From Zancudomyces culisetae HAW-14-8 (taxonomy: Eukaryota > Fungi > Kickxellomycota), in contig JBNJNM010000021.1 of the NCBI GenBank assembly GCA_052426225.1, positions 1,922,001-1,986,000 on the forward strand: a DNA stretch of 64,000 bases, in the 5' to 3' direction. Within the stretch, counting starts at the first letter, position 1, and each line of letters begins with the position of its first letter. A model generated the notes under the pieces. The model ran no database searches. It was not told the origin of the DNA and was given only the letters and a program-made list of their open reading frames with translations. This document shows, piece by piece, positions 27,601 to 37,900 of this stretch. Position numbers and translations under genes: made by a program.

Positions 27601-28334
27601 GAAGGTCCTGGTTGCGTTGAATCTTGGTCTTCTCTGCTGCACATTTTTTGTTGCACGCTGCAATGTATTTGCTGCTGCTTTAACTTCGAGCATCTGCTGT
27701 ATGTCCACGAGAGGCTTCTTTGATGATGAAGCCATTTCTGGAGGATCTGATGGTACTCCTGAGGCTTTGTATGACAGTTTGATTCTTTGTTGCGTGATAT
27801 TGGATGCAACATCCGCAAGTAAAACTCTGATTGAGTTGATAAAAACTGCAAGTTTTTCGGCACTGACTGCACCTCCGTCACGGATTGCTTCGTGCATAAA
27901 GTAATCCAAAGGTCTTGTAACGGCTGATAAACGGTACTGGATGTCATATAACATCGCATCAGTACGTTTATTGTCACCTGATAACTTGATGTTTTCCTCT
28001 GGTGGTTCATAATCCATGCCAGAGTTTCTTGGGATGGCTGCGTAAAACTTCTTGCGTTCGACATCTGCCAGTGGTGTCCAAAAGAAATCCTGTTCAACTG
28101 TTGGTAGCGCCTTTTGCAGTTTTGGATACATGACCAGGTCAGATGGTGTTGGTCTGGGAACCACGAAGTTTTCAACTGAATCATCGTCGACTGCATCAAC
28201 GATTGATGGAGCAGTGATGTTTGCTGAATCACTGATTTCTGATACTGACATGTGATCATTTGGTGCGGTTTGTTTTTCAAGAGCTGATAATCTCTCCAAA
28301 ATCTGTTGCAAAACTTCAACTGTAACGTTTGCAT
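24621..28334 (-). CDS. DIRS tyrosine recombinase ORF (YR in the last ~330 aa; upstream part overlaps gag and RT in another frame)
   Basis: TIKNYKSAI (SAM-like), GFLRPSDI (catalytic R), GPKEKR, LCPV, KARALGST, GFW, FDTYY (catalytic Y). True start uncertain. Confidence 0.9.
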   Translation of the reverse strand: MQTLQLKFCNRFWRDYQLLKNKPHQMITCQYQKSVIQQTSLLHQSLMQSTMIQLKTSWFPDQHHLTWSCIQNCKRRYQQLNRISFGHHWQMSNARSFTQPSQETLAWIMNHQRKTSSYQVTINVLMRCYMTSSTVYQPLQDLWITLCTKQSVTEVQSVPKNLQFLSTQSEFYLRMLHPISRNKESNCHTKPQEYHQILQKWLHHQRSLSWTYSRCSKLKQQQIHCSVQQKMCSREDQDSTQPGPSQAFRFSHQLTRMFKQSRSRSNNNDNTNPLLLAVIFGLQTAANTESRRETEDVPGGLDAPHRSKMDTPSDLRRVQNPLQNASTDGQAEKTVRLQLEKASRKSGRTGDSKPPVKESNRGSFIRAARVLLKSVYNPKEERRHADGTEFKTVKSVHPTATFQDGVAHNYLQNDPQRGLYDQHRPQRCISTRIDQQNVQKVSQVYMGRSHLPVQGAPIWSIFKPTSIHKNTKTSTEMGQSSRDTNVELLRRFVNLRINKNRVSKVHKYGFQETGETGIPDQPGKVINTSQTMYYASWDGHQQPSDEFQDTQTETQRFSERGIQVDTQRVYNTEGSGIIHWQNAGSEYSTQTGTTDEQEVVRAQKQHSETHHGLEFTSNTESACTGQSDVVEGPSEAMEWSMLPSGDPRDRSIYGCERQSLGDSDRQQSVYGDMDTTTDEAPYQCEGIISNPVCSEAATGSGKECCCILRQQHFNQLHQEAWGNQISESDGHFGSNLETLHQQWHSGSDSVCAINTESSGCTITFNSSNRVVTIRQDVSEDTETVWSTRCGHVCQQQQPQTTNICELEMDTRSSKNECIQSSLEHLDESIPLSTMESDTENTTEDQTGQSISDIDNTVLEVSTMVSRSQEHANSSTDQDISSTYNSGSKKRKASDTDKQNMVAYGLEIKRARLEKTGLKDSVIMLMTTGKRNMAKQKQYYNIKVKFIKWLESAKLDINNVSVVDVINFFDEHRISNNLKVGTIKNYKSAIIDINAEWRTFSSDILMIDYLKQLDSTSVRSFNNPNYDINPIIEHIKNFGSNFKMSKQNLTIKICWLLAICGFLRPSDIERIDDSKTEINKDYVKFVIVGPKEKRSGNPIEKVSIIHAHSDYKLCPVVTYRAYKKRIATFPSVANHPILDGVQLHYLIRNLKYNDKHIGAQRISKHINSLMSLLQLPESAKLPKARALGSTRATKLGATYDDVIAQGFWASKGIFDTYYQLSRRTRENLTQFILNSEAT
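25583..27448 (-). CDS. DIRS reverse transcriptase / RNase H / adenine-methyltransferase-like ORF
   Basis: LPFGLS, SYLDD, YTDAS, INAKEL, YCDN, NPADAPSR; MT-like DVDMFA...YLCPPW. Confidence 0.95.
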   Translation of the reverse strand: MFQEAWMRLTDQKWILQVISEGFRIPFKTHPPTVKQKKPLGYNLKKLPEKVVEQEIANLLSKKAIEEASSAQPGFYSNPFTIPKKNGGTRMVLNLRPLNQYIPQRHFKMESLTTISRMIRKGDYMTSIDLSDAFLHVLINKTSRKYLRFTWGGRTYQYRVLPFGLSLSPLVFTKILKPVLKWARARGIRMSSYLDDLLILGSTKTECLKFTNMVSKKLVKLGFLINQEKSSIHPKQCITHLGMDINSRQMSFKIPKQKLKDLAREASRLIHKGCTTLKDLASFIGKTQAVNIALRPGRLMSRRLLELKNNTLKRTTDWSSQVTLNQPALDNLTWWRDHLKQWNGLCFLPEIPEIEVYTDASDNHWGIVIDSNQYTGTWTRQQMKLPINAKELLAIQYAVKLPQVQGKSVVVYCDNNTSISYIKKHGGTKSVNLMDISEAIWKHCISNGTRVQIQYVPSILNPADAPSRLTAQTEWSLSDKMFQKIQKQFGPHDVDMFANNNNHKLPTFVSWKWTPEAAKTNAFNHHWSIWTNPYLCPPWNLIQKTLQKIRQDKVSATLITPFWRSAPWYPDLKSMLIAPPIKILAPHIIPDPKSGKQVTQINKTWSLTAWKLSAHALKKRV

Positions 28335-28344
28335 TTTGACTCAT
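27463..28344 (-). CDS. DIRS gag-like ORF1
   Basis: First ORF inside the 5' ITR; coiled-coil N-terminus; homologous to 40203-41083. Confidence 0.85.
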   Translation of the reverse strand: MSQNANVTVEVLQQILERLSALEKQTAPNDHMSVSEISDSANITAPSIVDAVDDDSVENFVVPRPTPSDLVMYPKLQKALPTVEQDFFWTPLADVERKKFYAAIPRNSGMDYEPPEENIKLSGDNKRTDAMLYDIQYRLSAVTRPLDYFMHEAIRDGGAVSAEKLAVFINSIRVLLADVASNITQQRIKLSYKASGVPSDPPEMASSSKKPLVDIQQMLEVKAAANTLQRATKNVQQRRPRFNATRTFPSIPFQPSVNQNVQAEPQQIQQQRQHKSAATGGNFRFANSSKHRK

Positions 28345-30011
28345 TATTGAAAATTTAACTAATGACTTTTATAAATACTATGTATTTTTTATAAGCTGGT
28401 TGAGTACCTAGCGAAAGAAAAGATGGTAAAGATTCATCAGGAAACAGGGGACATCAGTTTATATATGGTTTAAATTTATTTTATTTAGTTAGTTTTACTT
28501 ATTTTATAAAAATTATACAGTGATGTCTGTCATTACACACATCATTACGTATAAAGTTTCTAAATTTAAACACTCTTTTTATCGATTTAATTTTTTACCA
28601 AATTTTAAGGTAATGGATTAATCGATAAAAATAGTATCTAGGAAAGAATTTTCGATTTATAATAAAGATTGGTACACACATAATTGTATCTGGATAAGTG
28701 AAGCATAATAAGTAAAAAATATATTATATGATGTCTAGCGGTTGGTCTTGCCACTAAATAACAGTATATTTCTATCAAATACTACAACCAATAAAGATTA
28801 AAAAGATAATGGACATATTCAAGATCAAAAGTATTGGGCTTTGCTCGCTTTACTCGCTTCTCATGAAAGCAAATCAGTGAAAGTACAATAAGGTGACAAC
28901 AACGATCTAATAGTGGTGGAAAAATTCAAAAGACTCTGGATTGTTTATTGGAAGCTGTTCAAGCCTTTTATGAATGTTGGAGCACATTTTATGCTTAACT
29001 TGGATCCAGGCCTTCAAATTCTCATGGCTTCACAGTTAGATACTTTATGGTATCTTGTTCACTGTTAAAATTTTGCAGCTAAATAATCAAAAAAATTATA
29101 GCCACAGAATGGTATAGCAATCAGTTAGTTTTGCAAAATAATAGTATAATTAAAAATTTTATATAATAATTTAATAAATGTCAAGAAGATGGTAGCTATT
29201 GTGAGTGTATCATTTTATTGGGTGCTTTGAAACTTCAAATCCTATTTAAAAAACTAATGAAATTTTTTCTAAATAAAATCTAGTACGCATAGCCATTGCA
29301 GTCCCCTTATCATCTCTTTGTATAGACTTAAACAAGTACTACGTATATAGTACTCGTAGTGTCGTTGTGTAAGCTATATAAAACAATTAAGTAAGTATAG
29401 TAAAGAAATAACGCTAAATAATAATAATCTTTGTTTTGTTTTCTCATTTTGTATTTATTTAAATTTTGTGAATCTAAACTCGAGATGAGATTTTATAGTG
29501 TTGTGTAAAGAGTCTTCTCAAGTTTACGTATTGATGTGTTAACCTAATCTAACAAGACATCCCTTACACAGCCTTCATAATGTTTGCTTTAGGATGAACC
29601 ATTTATTAAGCATATCAATATTTTATCGTACCTTAGTATTATTAGTTAGCTAGCGAAGTTTCACCCAATATATAATCAAAATGCGTTTTGAAGAAACGGA
29701 AAATTAGGTTAAACTAATTATTTAATGATTGATTTCATCGTAAGCCAAGTTATTGTACACTTTGAAACTATTTGTGTTTATTCGTACTAACGCAAAAATG
29801 GAGGTTTGATAAAATCTATTTATTGACAAAAAGATAGAGCTATTATTAGGGCAATAATGTTATGCATCACATTAACATAACTATTTAATATATATAAAAA
29901 TAAAATAAAATATTGATAACCAAAATAATAATAATGATTCATCATATAATATGTATATAATGCAAATGATAATAATACATTATTATTTAAAACTATTAAT
30001 TGTTTTAGTAT

Positions 30012-30220
30012 TGTTATGAATACACATGGTTTATAAAGTATTGTATATTAAAATAAAATAATTAATAATACTTATATTATTAAATGTGTATCATAAATAT
30101 TAAATAATAATAATTATGTGTTGGTAAATAATTATATAATTATTAGTTTAAAACATTTATATTGATAAACATTATATATATTAAAATAATATCAATATAT
30201 TGTGTTAATTAATGATATAA
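30012..30220 (+). repeat. Partial copy of the solo-LTR-like repeat at 14028-14510
   Basis: Begins TGTTATGAATACAC and aligns with the reverse complement of ~14300-14510; interrupted by DIRS copy 2. Confidence 0.6.
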
Positions 30221-30230
30221 GCATGTTGGA

Positions 30231-32209
30231 ATTATGCTTCACTTAACCAGATACAATTATGTGAGTACCAATCTTTTATTTAAATCGTAAATTCTTTAGT
30301 AGAATCTATTTTTATCGATTAATCCATTACCTTAAAATTTGGTAAAAAATTAAATCTATAACAAGTGTGTTTAAATTTAGAAACTTTATACGTAATGATG
30401 TGTGTAATGACAGACAGCACTGTATAATTTTTATAAAATAAGTAAAACTAACTAAATAAAATAAATTTAAAACATATATAAACTGATGTCCCCTGTTACC
30501 TGATGAATCTTTACCATCGTTGAGCTAGGTATGGGTGGGAATTGGGTGGGACATAATTGTATCTGGATGTTCGCATAATAATAATAAGTTTTTATTTCAT
30601 TCAACTAAACATAATATTATGCTTCACTTATCCAGATACAATTATGTAGCTTCAGAGTTCAAGATAAATTGAGTTAAATTTTCACGAGTTCTACGTGATA
30701 ATTGATAATAAGTATCAAATATACCTTTACTTGCCCAAAATCCTTGTGCAATAACATCGTCGTATGTCGCACCTAGCTTTGTAGCTCTAGTAGATCCTAA
30801 TGCTCGAGCTTTTGGTAACTTTGCGCTTTTTGGCAACTGCAAGAGTGACATCAATGGATTTAAGTGTTTACTGATTCGTTGTGCCCCAATGTGTTTGTGG
30901 TTATATTTTAATTTGCGGATAAGGTAGTGCAATTGTACTCCATCGAGGATCGGATGGTTTGCAACACTCGGAAAAGTTACAATGCGTTTTTTATATGCTC
31001 TGTATGTTACTACAGGACATAATTTATAGTCGCTATGTGCGTGGATTATACTGACCTTTTCAATCGGATTTCCACTTCGCTTTTCTTTTGGTCCAACAAT
31101 AACAAATTTAACATAATCTTTATTGATTTCCGTCTTTGAATCATCGATTCGTTCAATGTCAGAAGGTCTCAAAAATCCACAAATTGCTAGCAACCAACAA
31201 AATTTAATTGTTAAATTTTGCTTGCTCATTTTAAAATTTGAACCAAGTTTTTTAATATGTTCGATAATCGGATTAATATCGTAGTTAGGGTTGTTAAAAG
31301 AACGAACTGAAGTTGAATCGAGCTGTTTTAAATAATCAATCATCAAAATATCGCTGCTAAATGTTCGCCATTCAGCATTAATATCGATGATAGCTGACTT
31401 GTAGTTTTTTATAGTACCAACTTTTAAATTGTTACTAATACGATGTTCATCAAGGAAATTGATAACATCAACAACTGAAACGTTATTAACATCAAGTTTT
31501 GCAGACTCTAACCACTTAATAAACTTTACCTTGATGTTGTAATATTGTTTTTGTTTTGCCATATTTCGTTTACCAGTTGTCATTAACGTGATAACTGAAT
31601 CTTTTAAACCCGTTTTTTCAAGGCGTGCGCGCTTAATTTCGAAGCCGTAAGCGACCATGTTTTGTTTATCTGTGTCACTTGCTTTCCGCTTTTTGGATCC
31701 GGAATTATATGTGGAGCTAATATCTTGATCGGTGGAGCTATTAGCATGCTCTTGAGGTCTGGATACCATGGTGCTGACCTCCAAAACGGTGTTATCAATG
31801 TCGCTGATACTTTGTCCTGTCTGATCTTCTGTAGTGTTTTCTGTATCAGATTCCATGGTGGACAAAGGTATGGATTCGTCCAAATGCTCCAATCAAGATT
31901 GAATGCATTCGTTTTCGCTGCTTCTGGTGTCCATTTCCAACTCACAAATGTTGGTAGTTTGTGGTTGTTGTTGTTGGCAAACATGTCCACATCGTGTGGA
32001 CCAAACTGTTTCTGTATCTTCTGAAACATCTTGTCTGATAGTGACCACTCTGTTTGAGCTGTTAAACGTGATGGTGCATCCGCTGGATTCAGTATTGATG
32101 GCACATACTGAATCTGAACCCGAGTGCCATTGCTGATGCAATGTTTCCAAATTGCTTCTGAAATGTCCATCAGATTCACTGATTTGGTTCTCCCATGCTT
32201 CTTGATGTA
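30231..32209 (-). mobile_element. DIRS copy 2, 5'-truncated (end of RH/MT, YR 30642-31892, ICR, ITR)
   Basis: Near-identical to the 3' part of copies 1 and 3; cut at TA 32208-32209 by a Tc1. Confidence 0.95.
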
Positions 32210-34389
32210 CAGTGAGTTTCAAAAATGTCTCAAAATATTGAATTTATTTTGCAAAGTGTAATATCTCGCTCAATAATATCCAGAATTAGATAATTATATA
32301 TAATATAATGCACAATTGGTATAATATAATTTTTATAATAAGTATTATTATTGGTTAAAAATTCATTATAAAATTATAAACTGAAATAATTTTAAAAATG
32401 AGAAATTTTGGGAATTTTTCAAAAAAAAACTTTATAATTCTGTCCACCTTCCTTTGGACTTGATAACTGCCTCAACTCTTTAGGACATACTATCTATAAG
32501 ACCAAGTATTGTTTCCACTGAAATTAAATTCCATTCCGTTTCTATTCGCTCCCATAATTCATCATCCCGGACGGAGGTTTACTGTATCTATTTAGGCGTC
32601 TTTTGATTATTGCCCATATAGTTTCGAACATGTTAAAGTCTGGAGATTGTGGCGGCCAGTCCAATGTATTATATTCCTGGTTTTCAAGCCAGCATGTAAC
32701 TAACTTTGAGGTATGATTAGGATCATTGTCATGTTGCAATATTATTGACTTGGGATCCAACTTGTAGTACTTTATTGTATTGCTAAGCTCGGCTTTTAAA
32801 ATGTTTAAATAACCATCCTTGATTAACATCCCTGCTATTCGGCACATGTAGCCAGTTTCAAATGCTGTGATGCATCCCCAAATCATTAATGATCCTCCAC
32901 CGTGTTTTATGGTCTGGTTAATATTGTGCGGCTGTAGACTCACACCATCACGAACCCAAGTCCATTCATTTCCATCAGATCCAAATCGGTTGATTTTAGT
33001 TTTGTCGGACCAAATTACTCGTCTCCAATCATCAGTAGTCCAGTGGCGATGAGATTTTGCGAATCTCAACCTTTTTGCAATATTTTTAAGGCTCAGTTTC
33101 GGTTTGGATGCCTTTTTTTTTGCAACGGCTTTTAGATCATTAAAACCCCTATATATTGTAGACTTACTAGCACTAACAATATTATCCATTTCTAACTTCT
33201 TTTGTATCGAAGTAGCAGATCGATACATTCCAGATAATATCATCCTAGTACATATATGCTTGCTTTGGGGTGAAAGCTTCGCTGGACGACCGCGTTTATT
33301 AGCCGGTAAATAGATATTCATTGCTGCTTTAATTCTGTAAATTGTTGCTTTACTAACTCCATTTTCTATAATAGTTTGCACAATGCTTCTTCCTTCAAGC
33401 AACGCGTTTTTTATATCCTATTTGTAAAGACTTGAATATTTTAAGATTAAATTATTTATTACTATTAATTATTTAGAAAAATATGGTATTCAATAGTGAA
33501 TAAGATATTTTTCTCTGAAGTTCTCTTTTGATGGATTTCGAAAGGGTTTTTATACTTTTACTCCAGAGATTTTTCCATATAAAATTTTCTTAAGTAAAGT
33601 TGCTATCAAACTATAAATTTGACTATTAAATTTATGAGTTACTGATGTGATTAACTACCGTGAGTTTAGTGTGTCAATGATTGCGTCATTCATGTTATTC
33701 TGACGATTCTTTGAATTATTAGTTTCGGAATTCTTTCTAGGTTTCTTATTTCCTAAAATGGACTGTGAATATTATTATAACAAATTTCATCGCGAAATAT
33801 ATTTTTTTACTTGACTTGGTTAGATTAATTTAATAATTGTACTTAGTTACATTAAATTAATTTGTACTTAGTTACATTTAATTAATTTGTACTTTGTTAC
33901 ATTTAATTAATTTGTACTTAGTTACATTATAGTAATTTGTATATGGTTACAATTTCATTTTGTAACCTACTTGATTTGGTCATGGAGAATTTTAATAAAC
34001 ATGAATTTATTTAATTTATTTTAAAACAATTCCTAACACAATTAACGTTGTTCAGATATCAATTTTTAAAAATTATAATTTTGATTATTATTATGTTGAT
34101 ATAATTATAATATTTAAAAGTTTTAAATTTTTAAAATTTGAATTCATAAAGTTATGATAGTTTAAATTTTTTTTTGAAAAATTATCAAAATTGTCTCATA
34201 TTTAAAATTTATTCAATTTATAATTCTATAATGAATTTTTAAACAATATAAAAACAGATTAAATTAAAATTAATATAACATTTGTGCATTATATAATATA
34301 AAATTGATATAATTTCTTGATATTATTAAGCGAGATATTACACTTTGAAAATTATTTTCAATATTTTGAGACATTTTTGAAACTCACTG
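32210..34389 (-). mobile_element. Tc1/mariner family A element, DD34E transposase pseudogene (32542-33402), long imperfect TIRs
   Basis: TA|CAGTGAGTTTCAAAAATGTCTCAAAATATTGAA at both ends; ~220-bp TIR similarity; GRP, WSD, KHGGG, QHD-x34-E, WPPQSPD. Confidence 0.93.
33423..34038. repeat. Solo LTR (~615 bp) inside the Tc1 transposase 5' coding region
   Basis: TG...CA ends; degenerate 5-bp TSD CTATT/CAATT; internal ~25-bp tandem repeat TTAATTAATTTGTACTTAGTTACAT; second copy at 55842-56454. Confidence 0.8.
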
Positions 34390-34594
34390 TATGTAATGAT
34401 GTGTGTAATGACAGTGTCAGATAACAAATTTATTTAAGTTGGGAAACTTAATGTTCTCAAGTTAGGATTCAAAGGTAATTAAATATGATTAAAAATTAAT
34501 ATTGAAACTTATGGGTAAATAATGCGATTCTGACATTATCATCCCTTCAAAGAATATTTTAATTATATAAAAATAATATCTTGGACAAAAATGT

Positions 34595-34861
34595 GAGCTT
34601 ATAGTCGAGTGGCTAAGGCGTCGAACTTGTATTCTGCAGGACTCTGGTTCGATCCTATGCTGTAAGACCGTATTTGGGAAGAAATTAGCTGTAGAGTGGA
34701 TGTGATGTTTCACGGGGCCAATGTGCGCGATAACGTCCTTCGGGACTAGTACCGGACCGTTTCACCTCTCCGATAACTCCTTCGGGATCTCGATCAGTTA
34801 ATTCGAATCACGTGATCGTGTGGCCCAAGACGTTAGCGCCCTCCTAAGTTCATTCTTTTTT
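34595..34861 (+). ncRNA. Putative Pol III transcript with tRNA-like head and structured body, antisense in the chromovirus 3' UTR
   Basis: A-box TAGTCGAGTGG (34602-34612); B-box GGTTCGATCC (34646-34655); two C(UUCG)G hairpins; T6 terminator (34856-34861). Confidence 0.65.
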
Positions 34862-34977
34862 ATTTTTTATTTTATAATTTTTTATGCTTTTTAGTTGTTT
34901 TTAGGTTGTTTTTATAGTTTTTTTTTGATATGTATTTAGGTTTAATATTGGTTAAATCATAAAATATAATGTTGCTC

Positions 34978-37900
34978 TTATGGTTTGTTGTGATATGTCT
35001 TATAGTATTTTTTCAATAGTTGAGGCGCGTTTATGTTTTCAATCGGCTCCCAGCTTCTTTCACTTATGTCAAAGCCTTTCCAATCAACCAAGAAATATTT
35101 TTTACCCCGTACAAGCTTAGAATCCAAAATAGCCTTAACTTCGTATTCTTTATTTTCATTTATAATTAGAGGTGGAGGAAGACTGTTTATTAATCTGCGG
35201 TTACTGCTGGGTTCGATATACGGTTCCAATAACGAGACATGAAAAGTGTTATGGATTTTCATTGATGGCGGGAGGTCTAAACGGACAGAAACAGGATTGA
35301 TAATTTTAGAGATGGTGAAAGGGCCTAGAAGTCTATGGTCAAGCTTTTTAGAAGGCCTTTGAGTTTTGATATTTTGGCTGGATAGCCAAACCTTGTCACC
35401 TAGTTTATACTTTGGATGTTCAGATCGGTTTACATCAGCATACTTTTTATATTCCTGAGATTTTTTGTTAAGTATGGAAGTGAGGGCTGATTGAAGTTCT
35501 TTAAGTTGTTTTATCCTATCAGAAGCGCTGGGGACGTGAACGTTTTTAGTGATTTGAGGATCAAATCTTGGATGGTAACCATATAGAGCAAAGAAAGGAG
35601 AAGTATTAGTGCTGGAGTGGAGAGTGTTGTTATAAGCAAATTCGGCAATTGGGAGCAGTTCAAACCAATTATCTTGCTGATAGTTGATGAAACAGCGTAG
35701 ATACTGTTCCAATGTTTGATTCACCCGCTCCGTTTGACCGTCTGTCTCTGGATGAAAGGCTGTAGACATCCTAGTATCAACTTTGAGCAGTTTGAATAGT
35801 GAACTCCAAAATTTGGACGAGAATTGGGTTCCACGGTCTGAGATTATGACGTCTGGAAGTCCATGAAGCTTGAATACGTGGGTAAAGAAGGCGGAGGCAG
35901 TTTCTTCTGAGGATGGCAGCTTCTTAAGCGGGATGAAATGGCTCATTTTAGTGAACCTGTCTACAACTACCATAATAGTAGTGTGCTTGTTGGATGGAGG
36001 AAGATCAGTTATGAAATCCATGGTAATAGATTTCCATGGGCCTGAGGGAGCGGGTAGCGGAAGTAGTTTACCGTAAACTTTGTGTCTTCTGTCCTTTGAT
36101 CTATTGCATGTATCACAGGTTTGAACAAATTCTTTAATAAATTTGCGCATTCCTGGAAACCAAAAGTCTCGTTCCACGAGCTCCAATGTCTTCTTAGCAC
36201 CAAAATGGCCGGCTGGGCCACTGTCATGTCTAGAACTTACAACTTGCGGCTTCATTTTGTCGGGGACGACAACACGGTTTCCAAGCATTACAATCCCATC
36301 TTCAACTTCTACTGGCTCGTTAGACTTATGGCTGCTCTGGTATCTTGCGGCATCCAATAATCCTTCTAGATGGGCTTTGCTGGATTTGGCGATTTCTTGA
36401 GCAAAATCACTGTCCACTATGCTGATAATGTCTATGAAGTGGTCTTCGCCTATGATGTTGTTGTTGGCGACCTTATCGGGTGTGTGATTGGGCAAACGAG
36501 AAAGAGCGTCAGGTTTGCCTCCTTGAGATCCAGGCCTGTAGGTTATGATGAAGCTGAATCTACTGAGATCAAGAGACCACCTTGCGTGTCTTCTGTTGAG
36601 TGACTTCAGATTTTTAAAGGTCTCCAGATTCTTATGGTCAGTAAGAATCTTGAACGGGATGGAGGAGCCTTCCAGATGATGTCGCCATTCTTTGAGAGCC
36701 TTGATGATTGCCAAAAGTTCCTTGTCATAGATATTATAGTTGGATTCGGCAGTGTTGAGTTTGTAAGAGTAGTAGGCACAAGGACGGAGATCACCGTTTT
36801 CATCTTCTTGGGACAGAGCAGCCCCAATGGCGTAGTCTGAGGCGTCAGTTTCCAGAATAAACTGTTTTCCTGGGTCAGGGTATCTGAGAACGGGGGAAGT
36901 GGTGAGATCCTGGATAAGAGTATTAAAGGCTTCACCTGCCTCCTTACTCCAAACGAACGGTGTATCCTTTTTCAGAAGTCTTGTGATTGGCAGGGCTTTC
37001 AGCGAGAAGTATGGGATAAACTTTCGGTAGTAATTGGCAAAACCGAGAAACTTCTGGACCTCCTTGACATTGGTGGGTGGTAGCCTTTCCTTTACACACT
37101 TGACTTTAGCAGGATCGGTGGCTATTCCATCTGAAGACACAACATGACCTAGAAATTCAATTTCCCTGATATGGAAGTGACATTTTTCGGCGTTACAGTA
37201 CAGACCATTTTCAAGCAGCTTTTTCAGAACAGATTTCACATGATTGATGTGAGTGTCAGTGTCATTGGAAAATATCAAGATGTCGTCAAGGTATGCAATT
37301 GCATAGAGATCCAATACATCTCGTAACACATCATTGATAAAGTGCTGAAAGGTGGCGGGAGCATTTGTCAAGCCAAATGGCATGACCTGGTACTCAAAGT
37401 GGCCATATCTGCACCTAAATGCAGTTTTCCACTCGTCACCTTCCTTGATCCGCACTAAGTTGTAGGTACCTTTGAGATCCAATTTTGTAAAGACCTTGGC
37501 TGTACGCAGCCGATCGAACGCCTCATCAATCCTAGGTAATGGGTACCTATTCTTGATGGTAGCTTCGTTTAATCGGCGGTAGTCAACACAAAGGCGCAAG
37601 TCTCCAGACTTCTTCTTTACAAACATGATTGGTGCACCGGCAGGGGAAACAGAGCGTCTGATGAAGCCATTGGTGAGGTTTTCGCGGATGTAACCTCTTA
37701 GAGACTCTAACTCTACTTCAGATAGCGGGTATATTGGCCCCCAGTATGGGGTGTAACCCTCTTTGGTGTTGACAGGACAGTCATAACGGCGGTGAGGAGG
37801 AAGTGAAACGGCAGACTTGGGATTGAACACTTCCTTGAATTCAGAGTATATTACTGGAAGTTGCGGAAATTCTTCCAAGTACTCTAGCGGGGACTCAGAA

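Larger units (their letters stand above)
24174..28710 (-). mobile_element. Complete DIRS-1-type tyrosine-recombinase retrotransposon (copy 1)
   Basis: 274-bp ITRs at 24224-24497 and 28422-28695; ICR at 24531-24625 complementary to both outer termini; intact gag, RT/RH/MT and YR ORFs. Confidence 0.97.

Noticed and set aside
25641-28255. Short ORFs antisense to the DIRS genes
   Set aside because: Shadows of double-coded sequence with no independent motifs.
33825-33935. ~25-bp repeats as a CRISPR array
   Set aside because: Head-to-tail tandem units without spacers, inside a solo LTR in eukaryotic DNA.
34595-34670. Functional tRNA gene
   Set aside because: Acceptor, anticodon and T stems pair poorly and there is no terminator directly after; treated as a tRNA-derived promoter head.
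34740-34800. Hammerhead ribozyme on the minus strand (CTGATCGAG...GAAAC)
   Set aside because: The core does not match CUGANGA and I could not build the stems around GAAA.
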